From Anolis carolinensis (taxonomy: Eukaryota), in NCBI RefSeq assembly GCF_035594765.1, contig NC_085842.1, forward strand, positions 91,302,782 to 91,366,781: a stretch of DNA of 64,000 nt, given 5' to 3'. The notes under the pieces are model-generated. The model was given only the letters and a program-made list of their open reading frames with translations, ran no database searches and was not told the DNA's origin. How positions within the stretch are numbered: position 1 is the first letter of the stretch; each line of letters opens with the position of its first letter. Made by a program: the position numbers and the translations under genes. Positions 38,014 to 51,202 of the stretch are shown in pieces.

Positions 38014-38335
38014 GTAAAGGTATTCCCCTGACGTTAAGTCCAGTCATGTCTGACTCTGGGGGTTGGTGCTCATCTCCATTTCTAAGCCGAAGAGCTGGCG
38101 TTGTCCGTAGACACCTCCAAGGTCATGTGGCTGGCATGACTGCATGGAGCGCTGTTACCTTCCCGCCGGAGCAGTACCCATTGATCTACTCACATTGGCA
38201 TGTTTTTGAACTGCTAGGTTGGCAGAAGCTGGGGCTAACAGCGGGCGCTCATTCTGCTCCCGGGATTTGAACCTGAGACCTTTCAGTCTGCAAGTTCAGC
38301 AGCTCAGTGCTTTAACACACTTCACCACAGGGACT
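38014..38335 (-). mobile_element. Sauria SINE, full length
   Basis: Reverse complement of the 23059-23370 family; TSD CCAATTTCCTYTTAG (37999-38013, 38336-38350). Confidence 0.92.
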
Positions 38336-38350
38336 CCAATTTCCTTTTAG

Positions 38351-38960
38351 ATTATTATTATTATTGACAAAAAGACACAGTATTACACAGCAAACGAAAT
38401 ATATATGCAGGATTTCATATCACAAAATCACAAGTCGAACACTTCCCAAGCGTTTAGGACTGTGTGATGTATTTTCGAATGATGCATGCATATCCCAGTA
38501 AGGTGGCCTTTTGCAGTTGTCAGATCGTAATTTTGTCATTTTTTTTTCCAAATGCTGGCTGAGATCTTCTGGCACGCCACCCAGTGTGCCGATTACCACT
38601 GGGACCACCTGTACTGGTTTATGCCAGAGCCTTTGCAATACAATTTTGAGGTCTTGATAACAGTTGAATTTTTCTTGTTGTTTTTCATCAATTTGATTGT
38701 CACCTGGTTTGGCAACATCAATAATCAAAACCTTTTTATTTTTCACAACCGTAAGGTCTGGTGTATTGTGTTCCAGAACTTTGTCAGTCTGGATTTGAAA
38801 GTCTCACAGTATTTTTGCATGTTTATTTTCCAATACTTTTGCAGGGTTGTGATCCCACCAGTTCGTTACTACTGGCAGATGGTACTTGTGACATAAATTC
38901 CAATGAATCATTTGGGCCGCATAGTTGTCCCTTTGTTTGTAGCTCGTCTGTGCGATTTTC
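38351..38960 (-). mobile_element. R4/Dong retrotransposon 3' fragment
   Basis: KVLIIDVAKPGD..KPVQVVPVVIGTLG; same 3' UTR as 11769-12265; (TAA)n tail. Confidence 0.9.
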
Positions 38961-38970
38961 TTCCTCTTAG

Positions 38971-39632
38971 ATTATTATTATTGTTTGAAACACAACAAGG
39001 TGAGTCCACAGCAGACACTCTGCTGGCTGTTGTATTGGATCACACGTTGGACACTTCTCAAGTGTCTAGGACTGTATGATGTATCGGCGAATAATGCGTG
39101 CAGATCCCAGTAAGGTGGCCTTCTGCAGCTGGCAGGTGGTAATTTTGTCAGCGCCAATTGTGTTTAAGTGCAGGCCAAGGTCATTAGGCACTGCACCCAG
39201 TGTGCCGATCACCACTGGGACCACTTTGACTCGATTGTGCCAGAGTCTTTGCAATTTGATCTTTAAATCCGCATATCATGTCAGCTTTTCTAGTTGTTTC
39301 TCTTCCTGCTGTCACCTGGGATTGCAACATCGACAATCCATACTTTGTTTTTTAACACGATCATGAGGTCAGAAGTATTGTGCTTCAAAACTCTGTCTGT
39401 CTGAATTTGACTTTTCAATTTTGGCTTTGATGGCATTGGCTCTAAAGGCTTGTTCTTGGGCTGCCAGAATCAGGCCCTCTGTCTCCTTTTCAAAGTTCCA
39501 TTTGTGAGCCACAGCCATGTTTTTTCTTTGTCAATTTGGCTCTCAATTTTTCCCAGGAAGTGTCCGTGGAGAGCCTTCTTTTGCCAGTGTTCTCTTCTGC
39601 TCTGGATTGTGTTTTTGCGGTATTCACTCTTT

Positions 39633-39633
<1 letters not shown>
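38971..39633 (-). mobile_element. Second R4/Dong 3' fragment with a different 3' UTR
   Basis: WQKKALHGHF..TWLWLTNGTLK and VVPVVIGTLGAVP..LQKATLLGSARIIRRY; flanked by (TAA)n on both sides. Confidence 0.9.

Positions 39634-39682
<49 letters not shown>
39634..39682. repeat. (TAT)n microsatellite (probable Dong target)
   Basis: Directly visible. Confidence 0.95.
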
Positions 39683-39685
<3 letters not shown>

Positions 39686-42253
39686 AATTATAGTCACCAT
39701 ACTAGTGCTTTATACTAGTTAAAATCTAGGATCATTTTGCTTTTCTATAAAAATTTCCTTTTTCTTTTGCTTGATCTTTGTTGAATTGCCTCAGACCTTC
39801 CCCTGTCTTGGACAGTGGGGGAAACCATCCCAGATCCATATCCAGGACCTCCAGAGCAATCCTGTTCTGCCTTGGCTCAGGCAGCCCAAGGAGATGGGAT
39901 GGTTGCCCCTTCCTGCCCTCTGCACCCCTGATTTTCCCCAGGAGAAGAAAAGAAAAGTATTTACCCCAATGGGATTCATCCTCCTCTTCCTGGTTCCATG
40001 CCATATGCTCATTCTTCCCAGGTTCCAATCATATGACTCAGAACCAGGAAGTGCATACCATGCAGCAGGTGCCTTTTCTTCTCCTAGATAAAATTGGGGG
40101 TCCAGGGAGAGTGGAAACAGAGCCCATGTCTAGTGGTGCCAAACTGGTTTCAGCACAGCTGTACTGTCGGGCCTGTGTCCCACTGCCAAGGCAACTCAGG
40201 GCACCCCTGTTTGGTTGTATTGCAGTCTGGAACCATTTTGCAAGCCAGTTCCAAGCCAAATTATCTTCCTATATAGAACTGTGCATATAAACTGAAATTG
40301 AGTTAGGAAGTGGACTAAACCAAACCAGTTCCACTACAGAGTGTCTATGCAATTTCCCTAGGAATGTTTTTTACCCATGCAGAGTCTGCATACCCATTTA
40401 GGATCAGCACTAGATCATGATAGCACAGGAAATGAGAACAAAGGGGCAGAAAATCAGACTTCCCATGGGAATGGTGTGGTTTTCTCTCTTGGGGGGAGTA
40501 TGAGTTTACCTTCTGGTCAACTGTGTTTCAGTATTTTTTAAAGTGCATCAGAGCTAGTGGTGTCCTGACAAACACTTCAAATTTTCTCAGCTAGGATTCA
40601 AACCCAGTATGGGATATACTCTGATAATCTGCAGTGGATTTTCTAGCTTATTCCAGGCTTTCTGAAGAGGCTTTTAAATGTACTGTTTCTGGTTTAATGT
40701 ACGTTGCAGCACACATTGAGGTGTACATTTTGTGGACACGCCGCCCTCAAGCTGAATTCAAAATAGGTTATTGTGTCTATCTAGAACCACTTAACTAATG
40801 TATGTAGAACTCCCTAACTAACATATACTAATAAAATAACTAGGGAGGTTCATAAAATGTGTCCAAAAGAAGACTTCTGCAATAATTATTTTTTTTGGGG
40901 GGGAGAGGTGGCAAGGTTATTGATTTAATTATTGTTTTTCTGTATTGCCCCCAGCCCACAAAAGATCCCAATGTGATAAACAAATAAACACTTACACAAT
41001 ACAAAGATAAAATTATTTTAAAACACATTAAAATGCTCTTTAAAAACCCCTAAATACAGTCTAAAAACAATAATAGAATCAAGTTTTGAAGCAGTTTAAA
41101 CAGCAATTTTAAATACTGCTTGCTATGCAGAACAGCTCTATTTCAGCTGCTCACTAGAAACTTAAAAGAGATGAGGCCAGCTCAACTTCCTTGGGTTCCA
41201 CTTTCTCAAAATCTGCTTTAAAAACATGAAATTCTTTCTAATCCAGGAATAAAGAAATGTGCAACATCAAAGGTTGCTTCTTATAAGAAAAAGTGAATAA
41301 ATGTTCAACTAGCTGCATGGGGTGGTGCAATAAATTCAGTTATTTGCAGCATGGAAATGACGATGTGTATTTCTGCCCTGTCGGTTTATTTAGGAGAGAG
41401 AAGGGGCAGAGTTAAGCAGTAAAAGTTAAGCACTGAATGCTCTAGGTTGATGAATATGTCAGTTTACACTTTTTATAATTTCAAGTTTCTTTCATGAGAA
41501 TCAGAAAGAAATTTGCAGATTTGGGAACATTCCTATCAAAAAGTGAACCCAATGTGTTTCCGACCCATTCATCTCTATATAGTGAGAATAAAGACTGTCA
41601 CAGTAGGAAAACTTTCCCTGTGTGTAATGTTGGAAAACTCTTGCATATGTACCACATTGCAGTTGTACAACATATTAATGCACTGGTTAATGGTTTCGTG
41701 AATTCATCATCTCTGCCTTCTTCAATAAAGAGCCTGTTCTGTACTGCAGGATTAGCATCCATCAGACTCCCTTCTCACTTCAAGCCATTTTAGCAGGTGC
41801 ACTTTATTTATTGTTTAAGTATTGTGGAGATGGATCTGTTGCTATGCCATGAACTTAGTTTTTCCACACGCTAATGCTTTATGCAGGGCTAATGTGATTG
41901 GTTCACAATGAAAAAATGCCAAACACAGTAGAAGGAGCCAGGCTGCAGCTGAGCAAACGGTCTCTAATGAATGATTTAGTCCAGGAATTTAGCCCCTTCC
42001 ATCTGACTGTCAATTATTGCTGTCAGATTTTGCCTTCTACTAATCAATTGTTTGACAAAAGCTCTGAGAGCACACTAAGCTCTTTGAATGTTTTTGTTCT
42101 GGTTGTATTTGAGCATTCACACACAGCTAATTACAACTTCCCTTATCCACTCACTTGGGGGGGGGGGCACTTTTGTGGGAGTTTGCTGTCTGGACACTGC
42201 ACTTTGAAACTAACTCCAATCTGCATTAAATGGCCAGTGTGTATGGTGCTTAA

Positions 42254-42316
42254 GGCTGGTTCTACACTGCCATATAATTCAGTTCAAACTGCATTATATG
42301 GCAGGGTAGAACCAGG
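42254..42316. mobile_element. Miniature Harbinger-type palindrome
   Basis: CTGGTTCTACACTGCCATATAAT / ATTATATGGCAGGGTAGAACCAG inverted arms. Confidence 0.65.
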
Positions 42317-42704
42317 CAATGTCCCAGTGAATTCAGTGGGGCCTACTTCTGAGTAGACATCCAGAAAATTGCACTGTCACACCATATTCAACCTTCTCTT
42401 AAACTTTGTAAATCCAAAAGAAAATAGAAAGTTTTCAGCATATTATAAAGTATATTGCACTGCTGGCACATGATACATTGGTACATTACCAACTGATCTT
42501 CAAATATAATCCTTTCTAAGTTCTTGATGGATCATTTGTAAGCAGGGCAGTGATTTTGTGTTAAAAAGAAGGAATGATAGCATGGGATATTGGAAAGCAA
42601 CAAGGAAGATTGGTAAAGAGTTTTACAATGTAAGCTAGATGCTTTATGTCAAATCCACTTCATATGTCTCTACGTTCTGAATATTTCTGTGAGTACTCTT
42701 CTCT

Positions 42705-43330
42705 ACTTTCTGGTGCCCAGAACTGGACACAGGATTCCAGGTGAAGTTTGAAAAGTACTTCCCTCCATCTGTTTTGATGTAGCCTAGAATAGCATTGGCT
42801 TTTTTAGTTGATGCATCACACTCATGTTCAGCTTGTGGTCCACCAAGACTCCTATGCCCATCCTATGCTACTTTGTCCATCGTACACTGCTTGTTCTCCC
42901 TTTCAACATGGAGCCCATTATCTGACACACATGTACTTCCGGCTGGGCTCAATGCCAAAAGAGGAGAGCAAGTGGCATATGCTACTGCCATGGCAACACG
43001 TGAAGCTTCCTGTGTTGCTTTAGGAGCAATGGGGAGAATCCAGGCAACCGTGCTTCCCCCTGTGGGATGAGGGCCAAGGTAAGGTGGGCAATGAGGGGTG
43101 TGGAGTGCGTGGCGAATCCATGGGCCTTTGTGATGAGGTCCCTAGACTCTTTTCACATATAGCGTTGTCAAGCCAGGTGTTACTCACCCAGTTTTTTTCT
43201 ACTAACGTGACATTTCTCCCTGTTGAATTTAATTTTGTTAATTTTGGCTCAGATCTCGAATCCTTTCAGATCATTTCAGATTCTGATTCTGTCCTCTTTA
43301 CCACTCCTAATGTGGTGTCATCTGCAAATC
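42705..43330 (-). mobile_element. Old CR1 fragment split by a Harbinger-like insertion (42855-43142)
   Basis: TGGTGCCCAGAACTGGACACAG and TCATCTGCAAA (FADD) match CR1; CR1 sequence resumes after the insert. Confidence 0.7.
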
Positions 43331-45381
43331 CATGTTTTCTATTCCATCATTTAATATGATTTTATGCATTATGCATCCATTATGCTGGTCCATTATGCTT
43401 TCCTGTATGAAATCCTACCATGAGCAGAATCATGTTACTAAAATATGCACATATGTGTATGGCTTCTGCACACATTCATCTCATTTAAATGGAACTCGGG
43501 AAGGTATTATGGGATCTAGAGCTTTGTGCTCAAGCCCAACCCTCTCCCTAGCTGCTGTCATGAGCCTAGCGGAGTTGCTGTCAATGTAGGCTACTTCTTA
43601 CTTGAGCACAGGGGATGAAGAGAGGCCAGCAGTTTAGAAGATTAAAAAATGCAATTGCTCTGGGCTTCAGGGAGAAGGAAAAGGAGGGTGCTGTCTGAAC
43701 TGCCTCCCTTCCCCCTTTGTACCCTAGCAGCAGTTAGCTATTCTGGAAGATAGCTGTCAGGGTGTGGAGAGGATGTAGAACTACACTGGTAGAGTTTTAT
43801 GCTCCTCCTATTTGAAGTAGGAGCCCACATATCAGTGTTTTCCTTAAAGCATACAAAAATAGATTGTACAAATATGTACAATACCCAAATACCCAAATGA
43901 AGTGGAATTAGAGTGAAACAACAATCAGGTCTGTAGATGTAGGCAGGGTAGATATGACTGAGGATACTTATTTACTAGGCATTTATGCAAATGTCCTGTT
44001 TATAAATGATGGTAGAAATGCAAACAGAAAGGATAGGAGCAAAAGGGAAAGCAAACCGCAATTTTATAGATTCAGTTTCTACCAGCCCTTTATTGTTTTT
44101 CTAAGGAAAAACCTACTTCTTTGTTACAGTTTCACCACTTGAAGCTTCTGCTTTATAAACACGATGGTGTATTAACCACAGTATCGTCTCTCAAACTATG
44201 GCAGTATTTAAACAAATATTCATTTAATTGAAAAAGGTGCACATGTGCATGTTTTAAATATGTTTTATATTAGCATCAAAATATTATTTTGAGCATGAGT
44301 AAGAGATTGAATCTGTCAATTTGTTTGGCTGCTGCTGTGCTGATCCTTCTGGTTAAAATTGTCAGTTTTGTTTTTTAATTGCTTGTTTTACTTGGACTGA
44401 TTTTTATAAGCCACCATTGGAAGCCTTGTGCAGAAAGCTGTGGTGTAGTGTTTAAGAATAAAGGAACAAAAGAAAAAATGCATTAAAAACATTGCTACTA
44501 ATTGTCACCCAGTTTGAGGAAACCCATCTCTAGATTTTGCTGGGTTCACTGGGAGTACTCGCCTTTTTAAATAGCCTTCTGTAATTTTATTCCTCTGAAA
44601 GACTCTTGTAACTTCACATCATTGCTAAAGAATTAAAGACTATAAATGTTGGCCTCAGGAAGCCACCACACATCTTGTGGAAATATCTTTGTGCATATGG
44701 ACCATACTAACCCATGCACAAGTGGAAGGTGGCTGTTATGTTTCAGCCTCTGCAGTATGGATGGTAGTTTTCCTCACCACTGGCTATATGGTCTCTAGAG
44801 CCAATGAGAGCAGCTGTTCATCAATATCTGGAGGGTACCTCTTCTCTATCACATCGCCAGCAGACTTGAGAGCACAATGCAGTAGATGTTCAATGCAGAC
44901 AATCATTCACATTAAATCCTATAATTCATGATCAGAAGTACACATTTCAGATACTCATAATGTTCATAATGCCCATCCCAACTATAAATCAGCATCATAG
45001 TCCTAACAGTTCTTCTTTGAACAGATTTTAATTCTGATCCAGATCATTTAATCTTTCCTGTTTGCCTTTTGTCTGCATATCTCATTACCTCTCATCTTCC
45101 CCCCCCCCCCACTCCTAATTTACATTTTCTTCTCTGAATCCAGTCTGAAAACCCTTTCCTTAGTCCTGGCCTTCATTCCTGATTGTAAGTGGAGTTTTAG
45201 GTTCTGATGTCTGATGTTTTGCAGCTGCATGAGTGAACAGAGAATGACTTTCAATGTCTTGCTGGCTTGGGAACTGTGCTATAGCTCAAGTGTAGGGGGC
45301 ACTCTTCATTCTACCATACTTGCATGCCTTCAAGTAATTTCTGACTTAAGGCAATCAAAAATGACTCTAGCACAGGGTTTT

Positions 45382-47528
45382 ATTTATTTATTTATTTCCA
45401 ATATTTATATCCCACCCTTCTCACCCGAATGGACTCAGGGTGGCGTACACAATTGGCAACAATTCGATACTGACACATAATTAAACATAACAGTAAATGA
45501 AATCCATTACAAACAATTAATAAAAATATAAAACATATGGTTAAAATCCGTTCATTCAATATCCTCGTGCTTTAGCCATAAATCAGTCCAGGTTGTCTTT
45601 ATCATTTATTCATCAAAAAGCCTGGGCACATAGCCATGTTTCTAAGGCTTTTCTAAAACTCAAAAGGGTCGGGGCTTGTCGTATATCCCTGGGGAGGGTG
45701 TTCCACAGCCGAGGAGCCACGACTGAAAAGGCCCTGTCCCTCGTTCCTGCCAGCCAGGCTTGCGAGGCAGGTGGGACTGAGAGCAGGGCCTCATCAGATG
45801 ACCTCAGGGACAAGTAGATTGGGCCAGAACCGTTTAGGGCTCTATAGGTCAAGACCAGCACTTTGAATTGGGCTCGGTAGCATATCAGCAGCCAGTGGAA
45901 CTGGCTTAACAGGGGGGTAGTACGCTGCCGCCGGCTGTACTAGTTGAAGCTTCCGCGCCATCTTCAAAGGCAACCCCACATAGAGAGCATTGCAGTAGTC
46001 CAAACGGGATGTAACCAGAGCGTGGACCACTGTAGCCAAGTCAGACTTCCCAAGGTACGGGCGCAGCTGGCGCACAAATCTTAGTTATGCATATGCTCCC
46101 CTGGCCACTGCCAAGACCTGGGGTTCCAGGCTCAGCATCGAGTCCAGGAGAACACCCAGACTGCAAACCTGTGTCTTCAAGGGGAGTGCGACCCCATCCA
46201 ACACAAAGTATAACCCTATACTCTGTTCAGCCCTACGACTGACCAGGAGGACCTCTGTCTTGTCTGGATTCAGTTTCAATTTGTTCGCCCTCATCCAGTC
46301 CAACACAGAGGCCAGATACCGGTTCAGGACCTGAACAGCCTCCTTAGTGACAGGTGGGAAGGAGTGACAGAGTTGGACATCATCTGCATACAGATGACAC
46401 CGCAGCCCGAAACTTCAGATGATCTCTCCCAGTGGCTTCATGTATATGTTGAACAACATGGGGGACAGTATTGAACCCTGTGGCAACCCACAAGTCAATG
46501 GTTGTGGGGCTGAGCAGGTGTCCCTCAGTGACACCATCTGGGAACGACCCTCCAGAAAGGACTGGAGCCACTGCAGAACAGTACCCCCAAGTCCCATTCC
46601 GGCAAGGTGCCCCAGAAGGATACCATGATTGACGGTATCGAAGGCTGCTGAGAGGTCCAGCAGGGACACACTCCCCCTGTTCAGTTCCCGGCGTAGATCA
46701 TCGACTAAGGCGACCAAGACTGTCTCGGTACCATGCCCCAGTCTGAAGCCAGACTGTGCCAGATCCAGAAAATTGGTATCTACCAAGAATGCCTGGAGTT
46801 GTTCGGCCACCACACATTCCACAACCTTGCCCAAAAAGGGGAGATTGGAAATAGGCCGATAGTTATCCAATTGAGTGGGGTCCAGTGATGGCTTTATCAA
46901 CAGCGGTTTGATTACAGCCAATTTCAGGCTCGCTGGAACAAAGCCTTCCCAAAGGGAGGCATTCACCACCACCTTCACCCACTCGGCCAATCCCCCTCTG
47001 GCTTCTCTCACCAGCCAGAATTGCCAGGGGTCTAGGATGCATGTGGTAGCCCTCACCTCTCCAAGCACCTTGTCCACGTCCTCAGGCTGAACCAATTGAA
47101 ACGAATCCATCAAAATAGGACAAGCAGGTGCTCATGCTACATCCTCGGAGACTGCCATTAATATGGTGTCAAAGCCAGAACGGATCAAAGCGACTTTATC
47201 CACAAAGAACCGAGCAAATGCTCCACAGCAGGCTGTCGAGTTGTCAGGGATCCCGTCTTGGGGGACAGGATATAACAAACCTCTGACAACTCGGAACAGC
47301 TCCACCGGATGGTTCTTTGCAGATGCAATATTAGTTGCAAAGAAAACGTTCTTTGCAGCATCTATTGCCACGGCATATGCCCTAAGACAGAAACATAGCC
47401 GTGTTTGGTTTGCTCGGCTTCGAATGCCACACGCACACTAGTCCCTTCTTCTTTCGCTTCATTGCTGCCAGCTCCTCAGTGAACCAAGGAGATGGTTTAC
47501 CTCGGGTACTTGAGAGGGGACGTTCCGG
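45382..47528 (-). mobile_element. L2 LINE, 5'-truncated, ORF2 with frameshifts and stops
   Basis: NYRPISNLPFLGKV, QSGFR, LDLSAAFDTV, GLPQGSILSP, YADD, KLNPDKTE, SRLDYCNALY; (TAAA)n tail; AGGGTTTT duplicated at 45374-45381 and 47529-47536. Confidence 0.95.
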
Positions 47529-47680
47529 AGGGTTTTCTTGAGAACATTAGTTCAGAGGTACTTTGCCTCTCTCCAAGGCTGAATGGGTGTATCATACAAT
47601 GGGTTTCTATGGCTCAACAGGGATTTGATCCTTGGTCTTTCCTTGGTCGATCCTGTAGTCCATAGTGCTATACCTCACTA

Positions 47681-47827
47681 GGGCCCCTTCCACACAGCTG
47701 AATAAAATCCCACATTATCTGCTTTGAACTGGGATATATGGCAGTGTGGACTAAGATAACCCAGTTCAAAGCAGATGTTGTGGGATTTTCTGCCTTGGTA
47801 TTCTGGGTTATATGGTGGAAGGGCCCC
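47681..47827. mobile_element. Harbinger-type MITE
   Basis: GGGCCCCTTCCACAC / TGGAAGGGCCCC TIRs; second copy at 60906-61056. Confidence 0.8.
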
Positions 47828-49822
47828 AGGACTCACATTCTACCATAACCGGGTAATATATGGAAAAAGTTTGCAGAACATAAAGGACAAACCTAATGTA
47901 CTTCATCAGCTTATCTTGCAGTGGAGAGTCATTGCATTCCTTATTGCATCTGAAGCCTGAAAACCATTCAAGTTGTTCCTATTTTCAATATTACCTTGAA
48001 AGAAACAAATGCCCTATAGTACATGCGGCTTTACTGTACTGGAACCAATGTTTAAAATCACATTAATAGAAGTCATTAAAATTGAGCTTTTCCTCTCTGC
48101 AGCAGTCACACTCAAGCCATTTTCAATTGCCTTTCTAACGAAATAATTGTAGTACGGTATTCACACTATTCCCTTGGTAGCTTCTATTCTAAGCATTGGG
48201 GATATTGTGGTAATGTTATATAATTACAAATGGCAACACAGAAAAGTTTACGAGGAACCACTGGGTGGACTTCCAGACAGTTTGTATTCTGTATGTAATG
48301 CTTCACATACTAATATTCTCTCATGAAAATCTTGGACTTGTTTCACAGAACAATAAAGAATCCTAATTGTAAATAGATATGTTCTTTCTATACCTTTCTC
48401 TTCTGCACTAAGAGAATTTATAAATAAATAAACCAGGAATTTTGTTTTTTTAAAAAGCAGTCATCTTGTCATTTTCTGGCTTTTTGCCTAATTCTGTTTT
48501 GTTTTTAATCTTGTATATCTTAAAATGATAAGACATAACATATGTTGTTGGTGATCTACTTTTTCATCTGTTAGTCTCAACTATCAGCCAACAACAAAGT
48601 AAACATTTGATAAAATTCCAGGATTGAAATTACGGAGCAGTTCCAAAAAAGAAATGCTAGGTTGTGGATGTTAAGGATGAAGATGTAATCTTTTTATGAC
48701 ACAGCCAACTCATTTTCCCAAACAGAAACAATGCATAAAAACATAATTAATTATTTGTATATCTTCCATCACATTTCCTACATGAACATAGGAAACTTCC
48801 ATGTACTGAATCCAACCATAAGACCATCTAATTCAATTCTGTCTTCAATGACTGAGAGCAGCTTGTAAGACAAAACATTTTCCCCGAGTGGACCTCTTTC
48901 ATGCAAAGTAATTGTTGTATCACTAATCCTACACTATATCACTGAGTTTACACTGACCATATAATGCCATTTCAAACTGCATTATATGGCAATGAAGATG
49001 GAGCTTAGGTTAAAATGATTTTAAACAATGTGAAACCATGGCCCCTTCTGCACAAGCATAAGATGGGACTGGAACCGGCACATATCCTTAAGCCACCTCC
49101 CTGATGGTACAGCAGCTACACAGCCAGTCGTGCCAAAGTTGGTTCAGCAGGCCTGGGCTTCGCCTGATTTTCCTTCTTTCCCTGTACTTCCATTGCCACA
49201 AAAAACTATAGAAAAGCTTCCTTTACCATCCTTGCAGACTCTTCCCTTCCTGAATCTGCATCATTAGGAAGTGATGGAGCCTGGGAGCAAGAAACCCCCT
49301 TCCCTCCTCCACAGCTCCGTTGTGCTCTACAAGAAGTGGGCTGAAAAAAACAGAGCCTGCAGGGATGGTAAGGACAGATTTTCTGCAGAGTTTTGCAGGA
49401 AGAAGGGTGCAAAGAGGCAGGAGGCCACTGCCATTCCTTCTTGCCAGACTGCCTATGTCTGTGGAGTGCGAGACGGCTGTGGGGACATGATCTTGGCTTT
49501 TGCATGGGGATCTGAGATGTAGTCCTCAATGCTGACACATCAACAAAGTACAAATCTTCCTGGATTATTTGTATCTTTAATGGTGTTTTTTAACTCGAAA
49601 GTCAAAATGGATTAATTGCTTTACCCCAGGCAGAGCCGGTCCAATATGGAGGCCACTGAAGCCCCCACTTGGAGCGCACGTTCCCCAGGGGCACCATCGA
49701 GCCCCCCCCCCCCCCGCAGGGACCACCGGCTCCCTCGCCGGCAAATGCAACAGGCCTCAGTTGAAGCCTTCCGCTTTCGGCGGCGGCAGGCATGACTCTT
49801 TCTTCCCTTCTCTCTCCTCCCT

Positions 49823-49826
<4 letters not shown>

Positions 49827-49874
<48 letters not shown>
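49827..49874. repeat. (TC)n microsatellite
   Basis: Directly visible. Confidence 0.95.
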
Positions 49875-49876
<2 letters not shown>

Positions 49877-50120
49877 CGACCTCTGAGGCTGGGATCCGCC
49901 CTCCGGGGCCTTCTCCTGGCCTCCGAGGCCTGGATCCACACTCCGGGGCCTTCTCCTGGCATCAGAGGCCTGGATCCACACCTTCTCCCGGCCTCCAGGC
50001 CCTTTGCTCACCCTCAGGAGCCTGTGGCAGGCATCCTCAGAGGTTGTGAGGTCTGTTGGAAGCTAGGTAAGTGGGGTTTATATATCTGTAGAAGGTCCAG
50101 GGTGGGAGAAAGAGGTTGAA

Positions 50121-50412
50121 TGGCCATCTATAGGGAGGGTTCTAATTGTATCTCCTTGCCTGGGAGTCTGGGGAAATTTCCTTTCCTGGTGCTTTTTTAA
50201 AGCAGAGGCTGGGTGGCCATCTATAGGGAGGGTTCTAATTGTATCTCCTTGCCTGGGAGTCTGGGGATGTTTTCTTATCTGGTGTTTTTTTAAAGCAGAG
50301 GCTGGATGGCCATCTGTCGAGAGGGTTTTAATTGTATCTCCTTGCCTGGGAGTCTGTGAAAGTTTCCTTCTCTGGTGTATTTTTAAAGCAGAGGCTGGAT
50401 GGTCATCTGTCA
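50121..50412 (+). repeat. 93-bp tandem repeat (~3.1 copies) containing CR1 3'-end sequence
   Basis: TGG(C/T)CATCT recurs at 50121, 50214, 50307 and 50400. Confidence 0.9.
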
Positions 50413-50878
50413 GGACAGGTCCTTTTCTCTCTCTCAAGTCTCCCCCCTTTTTTTCTCTCAAGTCATCTGGCATAAAGGTAACTATCATGTCTCCAGTGGA
50501 TTAGTGAAATGGTGTCCTTTTGGTTTGAAAAAAATATTTTCAAGCTATTGATGGTTGAATATGTGGGTACACAGTTGGTCCAGATAACTTCATATAGCTT
50601 TATCAAATGCTCTTCTTCTTTTTTTTAAAAAAATATTTATTCAGGTTTTACATATATATGATAAAAGAAACATGGCAATGCCAAAAGACAAAAGAAAAAG
50701 AGAAGAAATAAAAAGGGGGAAAATGTAAAAATAAAATAAAATCAAAAAATAAAGTTCCCTGCTTCTGGTCTGTAAGATTCAGGAAGCAAGGCAAGTGGGG
50801 TTTATTTATCTATGGAATAATGTCCAGGGTGGGAGAAAGAGCTCTTGTCTGTTTGAGGCAAGTGTGAATGTTGCAATA

Positions 50879-51202
50879 CAGTCGAGTCTCACTTATCCAA
50901 CATAAACGGGCTGGCAGAACGTTGGATAAGCGAATATGTTGGATAATAAGGAGGGATTAAGGAAAAGCCTATTAAACATCAAATTAGGTTATGATTTTAC
51001 AAATTAAGCACCAAAACATCATGTTATACAACAAATTTTACAGAAAAAAGTAGTTCAATACGCAGTAATGCTATGTAGTAATTACTGTATTTACGAATTT
51101 AGCACCAAAATATCATGACATATTGAAAACATTGACTACAAAAATGCCTTGGATAATCCAGAACCTTAGTTAAGCGAATGTTGGATAAGTGAGACTCTGC
51201 TG
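50879..51202. mobile_element. Tc1/mariner MITE nested in the hAT
   Basis: TA|CAGTCGAGTCTCACTTATCCAAC ... GTTGGATAAGTGAGACTCTGCTG|TA. Confidence 0.9.

Noticed and set aside
49631-50040. Second CpG-rich region as a promoter
   Set aside because: It lies entirely within a hAT bounded by TIRs and a perfect TSD.
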